A stretch of DNA of 64,000 nucleotides from Gemmatimonadales bacterium (GCA_035553475.1 DATNDQ010000014.1:7350-71349); one strand, 5' to 3'; positions 28,086-37,798 are shown, counted from the first letter of the stretch. The notes: generated by a model from the letters alone, not told the origin. Translations and numbers: made by a program.

Positions 28086-30509
28086 ATGTACGAGCGTCTA
28101 ACACTGCCGGTCCTGCCCCTCCGCGAAATGGTCCTCTTCCCCGGTGTGTCTCAGCCCATCGGCGCCGGGAGGCCTGCGACCCTGCGGGCCATCGAAGCCG
28201 CGTTGCGGAGTCAGTCCCACCTGATCTTCGCCGTTTCCCAACGCGAAAATGTCGATCAGGTGACGCCGGGCGTCCTCTATACCACCGGTACCATTGCGAA
28301 AATCAGCCAGATCCAGCGTGGCATCGGCGGCGTCCAGCTGATGCTCCACGGCGAGGTCCGCGGCACGGCTCTCCATTACCAGGAGGCGTCCGGGCACCTC
28401 GAGGCTGTCGTTCGGGAAGCCACCGACCTCCCTCCGTTGGATGAGAAAAACCAGGCCTTCGTTGCGCTCTACCGGGAAGCCCGGGAGCGCGCCGGTGACC
28501 TGGGCCGGAAATCGGGCCTTCCCGAGGAGGTCGTCAAGCAGGTGCTCGACGACGTCAACGATCCAGGGCGGTTCGCCGACCTGGTCGCCGGGTACCTCGA
28601 GATCAAGCCGAGCGAAAAACAGAGCCTGCTCGAGACCCTGGGTGTCGAAGACCGGCTCCGCCGCGTGCTCGTGCATGTCCAGCGGCAGATCGGCATGCTG
28701 GACGCGCAGGAGGACATCAAGTCCCAGGTCCAGGAAGAGCTGGGTGAACGGCAGCGGGAGATGTACCTCCGCGAGCAGCTGAAGGCGATTCACAAGGAGC
28801 TGGGAGACGAAGACGAAGTGGGCGACGTCGACGAGCTGCGCAAGCGGATCTCCGCGCTCGATCTCCCCGAAGCCGCGCGGAAGGAAGTCGACCGCGAGCT
28901 GCTGCGGCTCGATCGCGCGAACAAGGATTCGATGGAAGGTCAGGTCATCAGAACCTTCCTCGAGACTGTGGCCGAGTTGCCGTGGAACAAGCGTTCCGAA
29001 GAGTCTCTCGACCTCGATCGTGCCGCGAAGGTGCTCGAGGAGGACCACTTCGGCCTCCAGGAAGTGAAAGACCAGGTCCTCGAATTCCTCGCGGTCCGGA
29101 AGCTCAGACTCGAGAAGCCCGACACGGAAGCGAAGGGCAACGAGGACGACAAGCAGGCTAAAGGTCCGATTCTCCTCTTCATCGGTCCCCCGGGCGTCGG
29201 GAAGACATCGATCGCCAAATCCATCGCCCGCGCGATGGGCCGGCCGTACGTCCGCATTTCGCTGGGCGGCGCGCGGGATGAAGCGGACATTCGCGGGCAC
29301 CGCCGGACGTACGTCGGGGCCATGCCGGGACGCATCATCCAGGGGATGAAGCAGGCGGGCGCCAAGAACCCGGTCTTCCTCCTCGACGAGGTCGACAAGC
29401 TCGGCGTCTCGTTCCAGGGCGATCCCGCCTCGGCGCTGCTCGAGGTGCTGGACCCGGCCCAGAACGACAGCTTCACCGACCACTATCTGGGCGTGCCGTT
29501 CGATCTGTCCGAGGTCCTGTTCATCGCGACGGCGAACTTCCCCCAGAACATTCCGGGACCGCTGATGGACCGGATGGAGACTGTCACGTTCGCCGGCTAC
29601 ACGGAGCGCGAGAAGCAGGAGATCGCGCGCCGCTATCTGATCCCCCGTCAGCTCCAGGAGAACGGACTGACGGCGGAACAGCTCACCATCACGGACGACG
29701 CACTCCAGGCCGTGATCTCGAGCTACACACGGGAAGCCGGCGTCCGCCAGCTCGAGCGTGAGATCGGCAAGGTGGGCCGCAAGGCGGCGCGGAAGATCGC
29801 CGGCAAGGACGCGGTGGTGGTGAATGTGACCGCCGCGGATGTGCCGGCCCTGATCGGACGGCCGAAGGTTCACCCCGAACGCAAGGCGGGGGCCGACGAC
29901 GTGGGCGTCGCGACCGGCATGTACTACACGCCGGTGGGTGGCGACATCATGTTCGTCGAGGCCAGCGTGATGCGCGGGAAGGGCGAGTTGACCCTCACGG
30001 GACAGCTCGGGGACGTGATGAAGGAGTCGGCGCGTGCGGCGTGGACCTACGCCAAGTCGCATGCGGACCAGCTTGGGATTCCGGAGAGCCGGCTGCAGGA
30101 TTCCGACGTTCACGTGCATGTGCCCGCGGGCGCGATTCCCAAGGACGGGCCCTCGGCGGGCGTCACCATGGCGACCGCCCTGGTCTCAGCACTCTCGGGA
30201 AGACCGGCCCGCCACGACCTGGCGATGACCGGCGAGGTCACTCTCCGCGGGAAGGTTCTGCCGATCGGCGGCGTGAAGGAGAAGGTGCTGGGCGCCGTCC
30301 GGGCGGGGATTCAGACCATCATCATCCCTGAGGAGAATGGCCGGGATCTGGAGGACCTGCCGGCTGACGTCCGCCAGATGCTGGACGTGCACCTGGTGTC
30401 GGATCTGGGTCAGGTGTTGAGCCTGGCTCTGCGGGGAGCACGCTTCGAGGCGGGTCACCTGGTGTTCGAGGGTGATGCCCCGAAGGAGCCCAGGATGGTT
30501 GGACGCTAG
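28086..30509 (+). CDS. lon: ATP-dependent Lon protease
   Basis: ATG 28086 ([20 protein letters not shown], the LON N-domain) in ORF 27942..30509. Walker [17 protein letters not shown], and catalytic PKDGPSAG ... GGVKEK. Confidence 0.95.
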   Translation: MYERLTLPVLPLREMVLFPGVSQPIGAGRPATLRAIEAALRSQSHLIFAVSQRENVDQVTPGVLYTTGTIAKISQIQRGIGGVQLMLHGEVRGTALHYQEASGHLEAVVREATDLPPLDEKNQAFVALYREARERAGDLGRKSGLPEEVVKQVLDDVNDPGRFADLVAGYLEIKPSEKQSLLETLGVEDRLRRVLVHVQRQIGMLDAQEDIKSQVQEELGERQREMYLREQLKAIHKELGDEDEVGDVDELRKRISALDLPEAARKEVDRELLRLDRANKDSMEGQVIRTFLETVAELPWNKRSEESLDLDRAAKVLEEDHFGLQEVKDQVLEFLAVRKLRLEKPDTEAKGNEDDKQAKGPILLFIGPPGVGKTSIAKSIARAMGRPYVRISLGGARDEADIRGHRRTYVGAMPGRIIQGMKQAGAKNPVFLLDEVDKLGVSFQGDPASALLEVLDPAQNDSFTDHYLGVPFDLSEVLFIATANFPQNIPGPLMDRMETVTFAGYTEREKQEIARRYLIPRQLQENGLTAEQLTITDDALQAVISSYTREAGVRQLEREIGKVGRKAARKIAGKDAVVVNVTAADVPALIGRPKVHPERKAGADDVGVATGMYYTPVGGDIMFVEASVMRGKGELTLTGQLGDVMKESARAAWTYAKSHADQLGIPESRLQDSDVHVHVPAGAIPKDGPSAGVTMATALVSALSGRPARHDLAMTGEVTLRGKVLPIGGVKEKVLGAVRAGIQTIIIPEENGRDLEDLPADVRQMLDVHLVSDLGQVLSLALRGARFEAGHLVFEGDAPKEPRMVGR

Positions 30510-30549
30510 GACGCTAGGACGCTAAGACGCCAAGTCGCTAAGACGCCAA
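30502..30549. repeat. 8-nt tandem repeat (GACGCYAR x6, plus a degenerate 7th unit) at the lon/tetR convergent junction
   Basis: GACGCTAG GACGCTAG GACGCTAA GACGCCAA GTCGCTAA GACGCCAA (GTGCTAGC). The first unit contains the lon stop and the last degenerate unit contains the TetR stop. Confidence 0.8.
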
Positions 30550-30552
30550 GTG

Positions 30553-31146
30553 CTAGCGCGCAGCGACCCCGGCGACCAGAAGTCGAGTGGCGCCCTCGCG
30601 CCAGCGTTGCCGAAGCGCCGGTTCATCCATCGCGAGAGAAGGCGCGCTGGCAGAGACGACCGACTCGAGATTCAGAAAACCCACCATCAGTACCAGGGCT
30701 TGAGCCGCGGTCAGGTGCGGGTCGACATCATCCCGCACCTGACCGAGGCCCTGACCTTCCGCCAGCAATACGACGAGCCGCTTGACCACCGGAGCAAAGG
30801 GCGCGATGTCCACCCGCCCGGAGCGGGTGAGGAGCGCCACCAATTCGGGGTGCGAGGCGAAGAACGTGTAGAGGAGGTCGAGGGATCGCTCGAGCCGGTC
30901 CAGTGGGCGGCCCCCGCTCGCGGTCAGCCCGGTCAACGACTGTTCGAGGTCCGCAGCCGCCCGGCCAAGGACTGCACGGAAGAGCCCCTGCTTCGACTGG
31001 TAGTAGTAGAACAGTAGCTGCTTGTTGACCCCCGCAGACCTTGCGATGCGATCGACCCGAGCGCCCTCAAAGCCCTCACGGGCGAACTCCCGCTGTGCCG
31101 AATCAATGATTCGTAAGGCTCTTGAATTGCTGAGCTTATGCTTCAT
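30553..31146 (-). CDS. TetR/AcrR family transcriptional regulator
   Basis: N-terminal HTH RIIDSAQREFAREGFEGARVDRIARSAGVNKQLLFYYYQSKQGLF. ATG overlaps the upstream stop (ATGA). Confidence 0.85.
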   Translation of the reverse strand: MKHKLSNSRALRIIDSAQREFAREGFEGARVDRIARSAGVNKQLLFYYYQSKQGLFRAVLGRAAADLEQSLTGLTASGGRPLDRLERSLDLLYTFFASHPELVALLTRSGRVDIAPFAPVVKRLVVLLAEGQGLGQVRDDVDPHLTAAQALVLMVGFLNLESVVSASAPSLAMDEPALRQRWREGATRLLVAGVAAR

Positions 31147-32120
31147 TGCCTCAATTTATCAACCTTGCGGTTGATATCAATACCAAATATTGCAACGTTC
31201 GGCGGGGGTTGGGGAATCCCCTGCTGGAGGAACGGGATCAGCGACCTCAGCACAGCGGCGGGATCCTCATCGGGCAGGTCATGGCCCACCCCCGGCACGA
31301 GGACGAAGGCTGCCCGCTGGAGGCTGGCCGTCATGCGCTCACCAATCCCGGGGGGAATCCAGATATCGCGGGAGCCCCACAGGACGAGCGTCGGCTTCGC
31401 GATGGAGTCGAGTCGTCCCTTGAGGGCGCTGAAATCGAACTCGCGGGCGACCCCGGCAAGCGTCCTTCCAAAATCGGGCGCTGCAACCGGCGCGTAGTAC
31501 TGATCCACTTCGGCCTGAGTCATTCGGCTGGGGACCCCGAACGTGGACTGTAGGGCCTTCTCGACCCCACCTCGTCCCCGCAGTCCTGCGACCATCTGGC
31601 CGACCAGTGGAGCTCGAGCGAGCCGGGCGAGAAGGGGGAGGTGAGTACCGAGTCCGGCGGCATCGATCAGGACCAGGCCGCGGACGTTCGAAGGATCCTT
31701 GAGGGTCGCGAGCGCCGCGATCTCCCCACCCATCGAGTGGCCCACCAGCACCACGTCACTCAGATGCAGTGAGTCGAGAAGAGCGACGGTCAACGACGCG
31801 TAGTCGTCGGCGCTGAAGCCCGATGTCGGCCGGCCTGATCCGCCGAACCCTGGGCTATCGAACGCGACCACGTGGAAGCCGGCCGCCGCAACCGGGCCGA
31901 TCACGTCCCGCCAGGCGTAGATCGACGCGCCGAGGCCGTGGAGAAACACAACCGTCTGACCGGTGCCAGACTCGACGTACCGAATGCGCGCGCCCTGGAC
32001 GGTGACGTACTTGGCCTGGAGGCCGGTTCCCGCGGGATACCACTGGGATTCAGGAATCGGCGCGGCCCGGCACCCCGTCACGCCGAGAGCCAGAAAGCCC
32101 AACAACGGCGGCCCTTTCAC
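31143..32120 (-). CDS. alpha/beta hydrolase, probable lipoprotein
   Basis: ORF 31143..32168. GTG 32120 overlaps the TrmB-like stop (GTGA) and gives (M)KGPPLLGFLALGVTGC, a lipobox. Motifs VVFLHGLGAS, the nucleophile elbow GHSMGG, and a late GHDLPDE His. Confidence 0.8.
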   Translation of the reverse strand: MKGPPLLGFLALGVTGCRAAPIPESQWYPAGTGLQAKYVTVQGARIRYVESGTGQTVVFLHGLGASIYAWRDVIGPVAAAGFHVVAFDSPGFGGSGRPTSGFSADDYASLTVALLDSLHLSDVVLVGHSMGGEIAALATLKDPSNVRGLVLIDAAGLGTHLPLLARLARAPLVGQMVAGLRGRGGVEKALQSTFGVPSRMTQAEVDQYYAPVAAPDFGRTLAGVAREFDFSALKGRLDSIAKPTLVLWGSRDIWIPPGIGERMTASLQRAAFVLVPGVGHDLPDEDPAAVLRSLIPFLQQGIPQPPPNVAIFGIDINRKVDKLRQ

Positions 32121-32767
32121 TTGATTGCCGCCACTCCGACCTGCACCAGCAAGGGATGGGCACTCCACATCGCCGTCATCAGGTCTCCGGCCCCCGACGA
32201 GGAAAACACTCGAGCGTCATCGATCAACAGGATGGTCGGGGACGAGGCAGCTACCGACCCCTTGGCAAGTGACTCCGGGTCTTCAGCCTCTCCGGCGATC
32301 AGGACGTCGAGGGACGCCCGCGACGCCGCGCGTCGCCACGCAGGGAGAGACGGACGCCAGAGCTCTGCCGCCACCGTACCCTTCACGCTCCGCTCGGCCC
32401 GAGCCACCAGCTGCTGCAACGCATTCACGGTCCCCCGCAGACCCTCCGCCGAGTGAATCGTCGGCTCGGATCCCGTCGCCGTCCCCTCGAGGGCCCGGCT
32501 CAGCCGATCGAGCGCCTGCCCTTGGGATGCCGCCACCCGCGCCACGAGGCTCGAGGGGTCAGCCGGCCGAAACTGCGCCGGACGCCCCGCGGAGGTCGCC
32601 GCGCCCCGGCTTACCAGGCCTTCGAGGGCGGCGTAGGCATTCGCTCGGGCCAGACGGCAGGCGCGGGCGACCGCATAGCCGGTACTCGGGCCCAGGCGGA
32701 GCAACGAGGCGTAGACGAGGGACTCGGTGGGGGTAAAGCCGAAGGGAGTGAGGTCGATCGAGGCCAT
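32117..32767 (-). CDS. TrmB-like HTH transcriptional regulator
   Basis: ATG 32767 (MASIDLTPFGFTPTESLVYASLLRLGPSTGYAVARACRLARANAYAALEGLVSRG). This winged-helix N-terminus is arranged like the TrmB family. The C-terminal domain is not recognised. Confidence 0.6.
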   Translation of the reverse strand: MASIDLTPFGFTPTESLVYASLLRLGPSTGYAVARACRLARANAYAALEGLVSRGAATSAGRPAQFRPADPSSLVARVAASQGQALDRLSRALEGTATGSEPTIHSAEGLRGTVNALQQLVARAERSVKGTVAAELWRPSLPAWRRAASRASLDVLIAGEAEDPESLAKGSVAASSPTILLIDDARVFSSSGAGDLMTAMWSAHPLLVQVGVAAIK

Positions 32768-32796
32768 AGAGTAGTAGCCCAAGCTACTACTCTATG
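32765..32796. promoter_or_regulatory. perfect 14-bp inverted repeat spanning the TrmB-like start codon
   Basis: CATAGAGTAGTAGC-ccaa-GCTACTACTCTATG. The left arm contains the reverse-strand ATG (32767..32765). It lies 15 nt downstream of the stop of the upstream gene. Confidence 0.5.
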
Positions 32797-32810
32797 ACCC
32801 TTCCCGCAAA

Positions 32811-33923
32811 CTAAACGACTTCGATCGGCAAGCCGAGCAGCCGCGCGATGAGCGCCAGCCGGAACGTGATGTCGGTCTGCTTCTGGGCCGGGCTCTTTCC
32901 CGGTCCTTCGAGCGGGAAGTAGTGGCTCAGTACCGGGCTGTCGGACTTCGGCATGGTCCGAAGCGCCTTGGGACTCCAGACCCCCTGGTCGTCGCACTCG
33001 GAATAGAGGCGCGCCAGCACTTTGGTGGCGGAGGGGATCTGCCGGACCAACCCCAGCCGTGCGAGGATTTCCAGCCAGTACACGGCGAACGGCACATCCG
33101 GTACGTGCCCGTGGGAGTCCGCCCGGAGAGGGTCACCCATGATGATGAACGTGGGCGGCAGAATCTTCTTGCCTGCCAGCTGGAAGAACGCCCGCTTGGG
33201 TGCCGGCGTCGAGAAGTACGCCCCGAGCCGCTCGACGAAGCCTGAACGCTCGCGCTGGAGGGCCGGCAGGAAAGCCAGCATCTCCATCGCGAAGTAGGAC
33301 GGGGGTACCGCCTCAGGTTCGACCACCGTCTTGCCCTGGGCCTTCTTGAACGGCTTCTCCAGGATGGGACTTCGGAGATACAACGAAATCCCGTTCAGGA
33401 TGTTGTGCGCTGCTCCGCGCAGGCGGGGATCCTCGCCGCGCGACGCCCGGGCGAGCGCGGCCGCCGCGCCTTCCCTGCCGAGGTTGCGCGCCCAGAGGCC
33501 AAAGCCCGGGTCGGTCTTGGCGGAGCGCTGAAACTCGACCAGCAGAGTGGGGTCGGGATCGCGAGAGAGGAGGCGGAACAGGAACCGGTCGGCGATCCGG
33601 AACACGCGCTGATCGGCTGGCCATCCCAGCTCGAGCAAATGACGGTATTGGGTGACGGTCCCTGCCTCGGTCCACCCGAACACCTTGTTGGGTCCCGGTG
33701 CGAGCAGGTTGGCGCCCCACAGCCCGGTGTCCTTCTGCTTCCGCGCGATCGCCTGGGCCGGCTTGTACTCGAGGGCCTGAGCGGCGAGCTCGGCCACACG
33801 CTCAGGATCACGAGCTCCTTCAGGTGCCGCCTCAGCCATTGCCCGATACTGGATTGGAAGACTGGCTGCATCCTTGAGCCAGGACAGCGGAAGACGATGC
33901 GTGGTGGGGAGTTCCAGGGTCAT
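32811..33923 (-). CDS. hypothetical protein (370 aa, helical repeat-like, no family recognised)
   Basis: Long ORF with coding-like GC3. The opposite-strand ORFs are Arg/Gly-rich shadows. It is preceded by an AT-rich promoter-like gap. Confidence 0.6.
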   Translation of the reverse strand: MTLELPTTHRLPLSWLKDAASLPIQYRAMAEAAPEGARDPERVAELAAQALEYKPAQAIARKQKDTGLWGANLLAPGPNKVFGWTEAGTVTQYRHLLELGWPADQRVFRIADRFLFRLLSRDPDPTLLVEFQRSAKTDPGFGLWARNLGREGAAAALARASRGEDPRLRGAAHNILNGISLYLRSPILEKPFKKAQGKTVVEPEAVPPSYFAMEMLAFLPALQRERSGFVERLGAYFSTPAPKRAFFQLAGKKILPPTFIIMGDPLRADSHGHVPDVPFAVYWLEILARLGLVRQIPSATKVLARLYSECDDQGVWSPKALRTMPKSDSPVLSHYFPLEGPGKSPAQKQTDITFRLALIARLLGLPIEVV

Positions 33924-34081
33924 TCTCCAGGACTGACGTTTGCGCTTACCGGACCGTCAAAAACGGGCGCAAACTTACCTGACCCCTGCGAGTCCAGCAA
34001 TGACTCGAACGCATGATACGCGTAACTCTTTTCAGCACAGTGCATTAGCAGACTACCATCATACTGCAACAAACTGCACAA

Positions 34082-35719
34082 CTAACGCTTGAAGTCGGCC
34101 CCCGGCAGCCACCGCGGCAGGTCGGTCGCGTCCGCGACCGCGAGGGTCAAACGCATCACCACCCGGACCTCCTGGCTCATTCCGTCATAGCGGAACAGGG
34201 GAGTCCACTCGTCCGAGGGCTGGTGATAACGGTGCTCCTCGAAATCCTGCTCCTGTTGTCTCCCCCACCCGCCGGGCTTCCCGATGAAATCCTCGCCGGC
34301 CTGAATCGACAGCGCCGGCACGCCGGCCTTCGCGAAGGGGAAGTGGTCGGACCGGAAGAACCCCCCACCGACATCGGGACGATTGGCGACCTTCAACGAC
34401 TCCGCCGCCGCCGCGTCCGAGAACATCTTCCCCAGTGACGACTGGTCCGTGCCCAGGGCGGCGATATCCCGCGTCGCCCCGTGCACGTTCACCTCGTCCA
34501 TGTTGATATCAGCCGCGGTTTGGGCGAGAGGGAAGAGCGGATGCGCCACGTACCCGGCTGATCCCAGGAGCCCACTCTCCTCGGCGGTCGTCGCCACGAA
34601 GAGCACGGACCGTCTGGGGCGCCTGGGCATTTTCGACAGGGCTTCGGCGGTCGCCAGCATCGCCGCAACTCCCGACGCGTTGTCCTCCGCCCCGTTGTAG
34701 ATCGAGTCGTCCCCAACCGCGGGTCCGATTCCCTTGTGATCCCAATGCGCCGAAATCACCACGACCTGCGACGAGAGCACGGGATCGGATCCCCGGAGGC
34801 GCGCGACCACGTTCTCGCTCTGGACGTGCCGGACCGCGCTCGCGAGGTCGATCGCCGCGTGCAGGCCGGTCGACACCGGAATGAATCCCCGGTTGGCCGC
34901 GAGCCTGGTGAGAGAATCGAGATTGAGCCCCACCGACGCGAGCGCGGATTGCACCGCGTCATGGGTGGCCCACGAGGCAAAATCGAGGGAGGGGCCCGCG
35001 TCCCCCTCAAGCTGGAACTGCTCGACGGACCAGGATCCCCGGACCACGTCCCAGCCGTAGGTCGCGCTTGGCGTGGTGTGCACCAGGACCACTCCGATCG
35101 CTCCCTGTCGGGCCGCCTCCTCGAGCTTGTAGGTCCAGCGCCCATAGTACGTGAGGACCCGTCCCTTGAAGAGCGTCGAGTCCTGGATGCCCGGGTCATT
35201 CACGAGCATCAGCAGCACTTTGCCGTGGAGGTCGGCGCCCTTGTAGTCATCCCAGCGGTACTCGGGCGCCTTGATGCCGTACCCGACGAACACGACGTCC
35301 CCGTCCACCGTGATTCGCGACTCGGGCTTCATCGCCCACTCCACGAACTCGTCACCCGGCTTGAGGCTCCTGGTGTCCGCGCCCTTCCCCCAAACGAATG
35401 AGGGTTGCTGGGTCAGAGTTCCGGTGAGCGAAACGGGCTGGAAATACGAGCCATTCGGACCCGCGGGCTCGAGGCCCAGCGCTTCGAATTGCGCGGCGAT
35501 GTAATCGGTCGCGAGGTGCCCGCCCCGTGTCGCCGGGGCGCGACCCTCCAGCAGATCGCTCGCCAGGAACCGGAGATGGGCATCCATCGCACGCTCGTTC
35601 GGCACCGGGATGACCTGGGGCGGCGGGCCAGCCGGTGTGGCGGGAGTGGCAGGCTTTTGCGCGAGGGCCGGACCCGACGAAGCCCCGAAGATCAGCAACA
35701 GGGTGTATAGAGGTCGCAT
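34082..35719 (-). CDS. M28 family aminopeptidase with PA domain, secreted
   Basis: ATG 35719 (MRPLYTLLLIFGASSGPALAQ signal) in ORF 34082..36055. Motifs ISAHWDHKG, GAEDNASGVAAML, TTAEESGLLGS, and RSDHFPFAKAGVP are the M28 metal ligand blocks. Confidence 0.85.
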   Translation of the reverse strand: MRPLYTLLLIFGASSGPALAQKPATPATPAGPPPQVIPVPNERAMDAHLRFLASDLLEGRAPATRGGHLATDYIAAQFEALGLEPAGPNGSYFQPVSLTGTLTQQPSFVWGKGADTRSLKPGDEFVEWAMKPESRITVDGDVVFVGYGIKAPEYRWDDYKGADLHGKVLLMLVNDPGIQDSTLFKGRVLTYYGRWTYKLEEAARQGAIGVVLVHTTPSATYGWDVVRGSWSVEQFQLEGDAGPSLDFASWATHDAVQSALASVGLNLDSLTRLAANRGFIPVSTGLHAAIDLASAVRHVQSENVVARLRGSDPVLSSQVVVISAHWDHKGIGPAVGDDSIYNGAEDNASGVAAMLATAEALSKMPRRPRRSVLFVATTAEESGLLGSAGYVAHPLFPLAQTAADINMDEVNVHGATRDIAALGTDQSSLGKMFSDAAAAESLKVANRPDVGGGFFRSDHFPFAKAGVPALSIQAGEDFIGKPGGWGRQQEQDFEEHRYHQPSDEWTPLFRYDGMSQEVRVVMRLTLAVADATDLPRWLPGADFKR

Positions 35720-35770
35720 CGGCTGAACCAATCGCCTTGCTCCACCTGTAGCAAGGGGGCATTTTTCGGC

Positions 35771-37798
35771 ATGCTGGAAGCTCTCAAGTCTCGCCCCGTC
35801 AATAAGCTGCCCGATCGCGTCCGCTTCCCGGGCCGCATCCTGTTCCTCACCGAGGATGCCGGCCTCGTGCGTGACCAGCTCGCCGGCAAGGATCTGCCGT
35901 GGCCCCCCAAGGTGCCACTGCGCGACAACATCTCGACGGACGAGATCACGCCGGCGTACATCTGCTACTACTACGACGAGACGCTGGGGGAATTCCCCTA
36001 CCTCGGACTCAAGTGCGGTGACCAGTTCCCGATCACCCGCGGCTCGGTCAAGCAAGGTGGCTTTGTAGCCTCAGTCTCCGGGAAGCGCCGCGGAAAAGGG
36101 TCGTCCCGGGAGCAGTCGCCCTACGCCGAGATGTGCGCCGGTATCAAGCTGGTCATCGCTGAGAACATCGAGCGCATCTATCGCGAGAATTGCCAGAACC
36201 TCGGTGTCCTGACCACGACCGATTTCTCGATCATCGAGCGCGTACGGCGTGGTGAGGAGATCCCGCTCTCCGCTTTCACCGAGGGCGAAGGCGAGATCAC
36301 CACGGGCATCATCGAGTACGACGGCCTCTTCAACTACAACGTGGCGCGCCTTCAGGGCAAAGTCGTCCTGAGCCCGCCGGCCACGCCACGCCGTCCGATG
36401 ACGCTCGGCGAAAAGGTGCTGGCCCGTCACTGGGTCGTGGATCCGTCGAAGGGCAAGGTCGGCGTTCCGTCGGTGAAGCCGGGGGACGAAGGCTTCGTGG
36501 TGACCGACATCCGGTTCAGCCACGAGTACGTCACGCCGATGGCGGCGATCTTCTTCGAACAGCTGGTCGGCCAGGACGAAAGGGTGCTCGATCCCGGCTC
36601 GGTCCTCCTGTTCCGCGACCACCTCACCTTCCTGGGTGAGGCGATGACGCCGGAGCGGATCAAGGAAGGTCTCCTCGACGTCGCCAATCAGCTCGAAAAA
36701 AAGCAGCGGGCCTTCGCGGAGAAGCAGGGGATCAAGCTCTACGGGGAGCTGCGCCTGGGCCACCACGGCTCCGAGGCGATCTGCCACTCGAAGATTCTCG
36801 AGTCGCACGCGCTTCCGGGCCAGGTCATCATCGGCTCTGATTCCCACACGCCGCACGCGGGCGCCGTGGGGTGCGTCGCGTTCGGAGTGGGGACCACGGC
36901 GATCTTCAATTCGTGGATCACCAAGGACGTTCGTCTCACCGTGCCCGAGACCGTGAAGGTCGTGGTCAAGGGTGTCAAGCCCGCGAACGTGACCGCCAAG
37001 GATTACATGCTCGAGATCCTGCGGCATCCGTACATCAAGAGCGGGCAGGCGATCGGGAAGCTGGTCGAGTATTGCGGCGACGCGGTCGAGGCGCTCTCGG
37101 TCGACGAGCGCGCGACGATGACGAACATGACCGCCGAGGTCGGCGGGTTCACGGGATACGTGGCACCCGACGAAAAGACGGTCGCGTATCTGATGGACTA
37201 CCGGAAGATGACGCGCGCCGAGGCCGAGAAGGCCTGCGCGGACCTCGCGTCCGACCCGAACGCCGAGTACTGCGAGGTGATCGAGATCGACGCTTCCCGG
37301 CTCAAGCCGATGGTCGCGCTCCCCGGTGACCCGGGCAACGGCGCCTACATCGACGAGCTCGGCGCGCCGATCAAGGTCGAGATCGCGTACGCGGGGTCCT
37401 GCACCGCCGGAAAGAAAGAGGACATGGACATGTACGCCCGCGTCCTCCAAGAAGCGGTGGACCGGGGCCAGAAGGTGGCGCCGGGCGTGAAGTTTTTCAT
37501 TCAGTCGGGATCACAGGATGTGAAGCGGTACTGCGAAGAGCAGGGCTATCTCGACCTCTTCCGGCAGGTGGGAGCCACGTTCCTCGAGCCGTCCTGCGGC
37601 GCCTGCATCAACGCGGGTCCCGGCGTCTCGCGCACCAAGGACGAAGTCACCATCTCGGCCATCAATCGGAACTTCCCGGGCCGCTCCGGCCCGGGCCAGC
37701 TGTACCTCGCGAATCCCTACACGGTGGCCGCGTCGGCAATCGCGGGCGTGATCACCGAGTGGGCGCCGGCGCCGGAGGCGCGCTCAAAGAGCCGGTGA
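35771..37798 (+). CDS. aconitase/3-isopropylmalate dehydratase family protein with N-terminal swivel (LeuD-like) domain
   Basis: Residues ~45-190: DNISTDEITPA and GKGSSREQSP (small-subunit/swivel motifs). Then the large-subunit blocks GSDSHTPHAG, YAGSCTAG and CGACIN (Fe-S cysteines). The order is swivel first. Confidence 0.85.
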   Translation: MLEALKSRPVNKLPDRVRFPGRILFLTEDAGLVRDQLAGKDLPWPPKVPLRDNISTDEITPAYICYYYDETLGEFPYLGLKCGDQFPITRGSVKQGGFVASVSGKRRGKGSSREQSPYAEMCAGIKLVIAENIERIYRENCQNLGVLTTTDFSIIERVRRGEEIPLSAFTEGEGEITTGIIEYDGLFNYNVARLQGKVVLSPPATPRRPMTLGEKVLARHWVVDPSKGKVGVPSVKPGDEGFVVTDIRFSHEYVTPMAAIFFEQLVGQDERVLDPGSVLLFRDHLTFLGEAMTPERIKEGLLDVANQLEKKQRAFAEKQGIKLYGELRLGHHGSEAICHSKILESHALPGQVIIGSDSHTPHAGAVGCVAFGVGTTAIFNSWITKDVRLTVPETVKVVVKGVKPANVTAKDYMLEILRHPYIKSGQAIGKLVEYCGDAVEALSVDERATMTNMTAEVGGFTGYVAPDEKTVAYLMDYRKMTRAEAEKACADLASDPNAEYCEVIEIDASRLKPMVALPGDPGNGAYIDELGAPIKVEIAYAGSCTAGKKEDMDMYARVLQEAVDRGQKVAPGVKFFIQSGSQDVKRYCEEQGYLDLFRQVGATFLEPSCGACINAGPGVSRTKDEVTISAINRNFPGRSGPGQLYLANPYTVAASAIAGVITEWAPAPEARSKSR

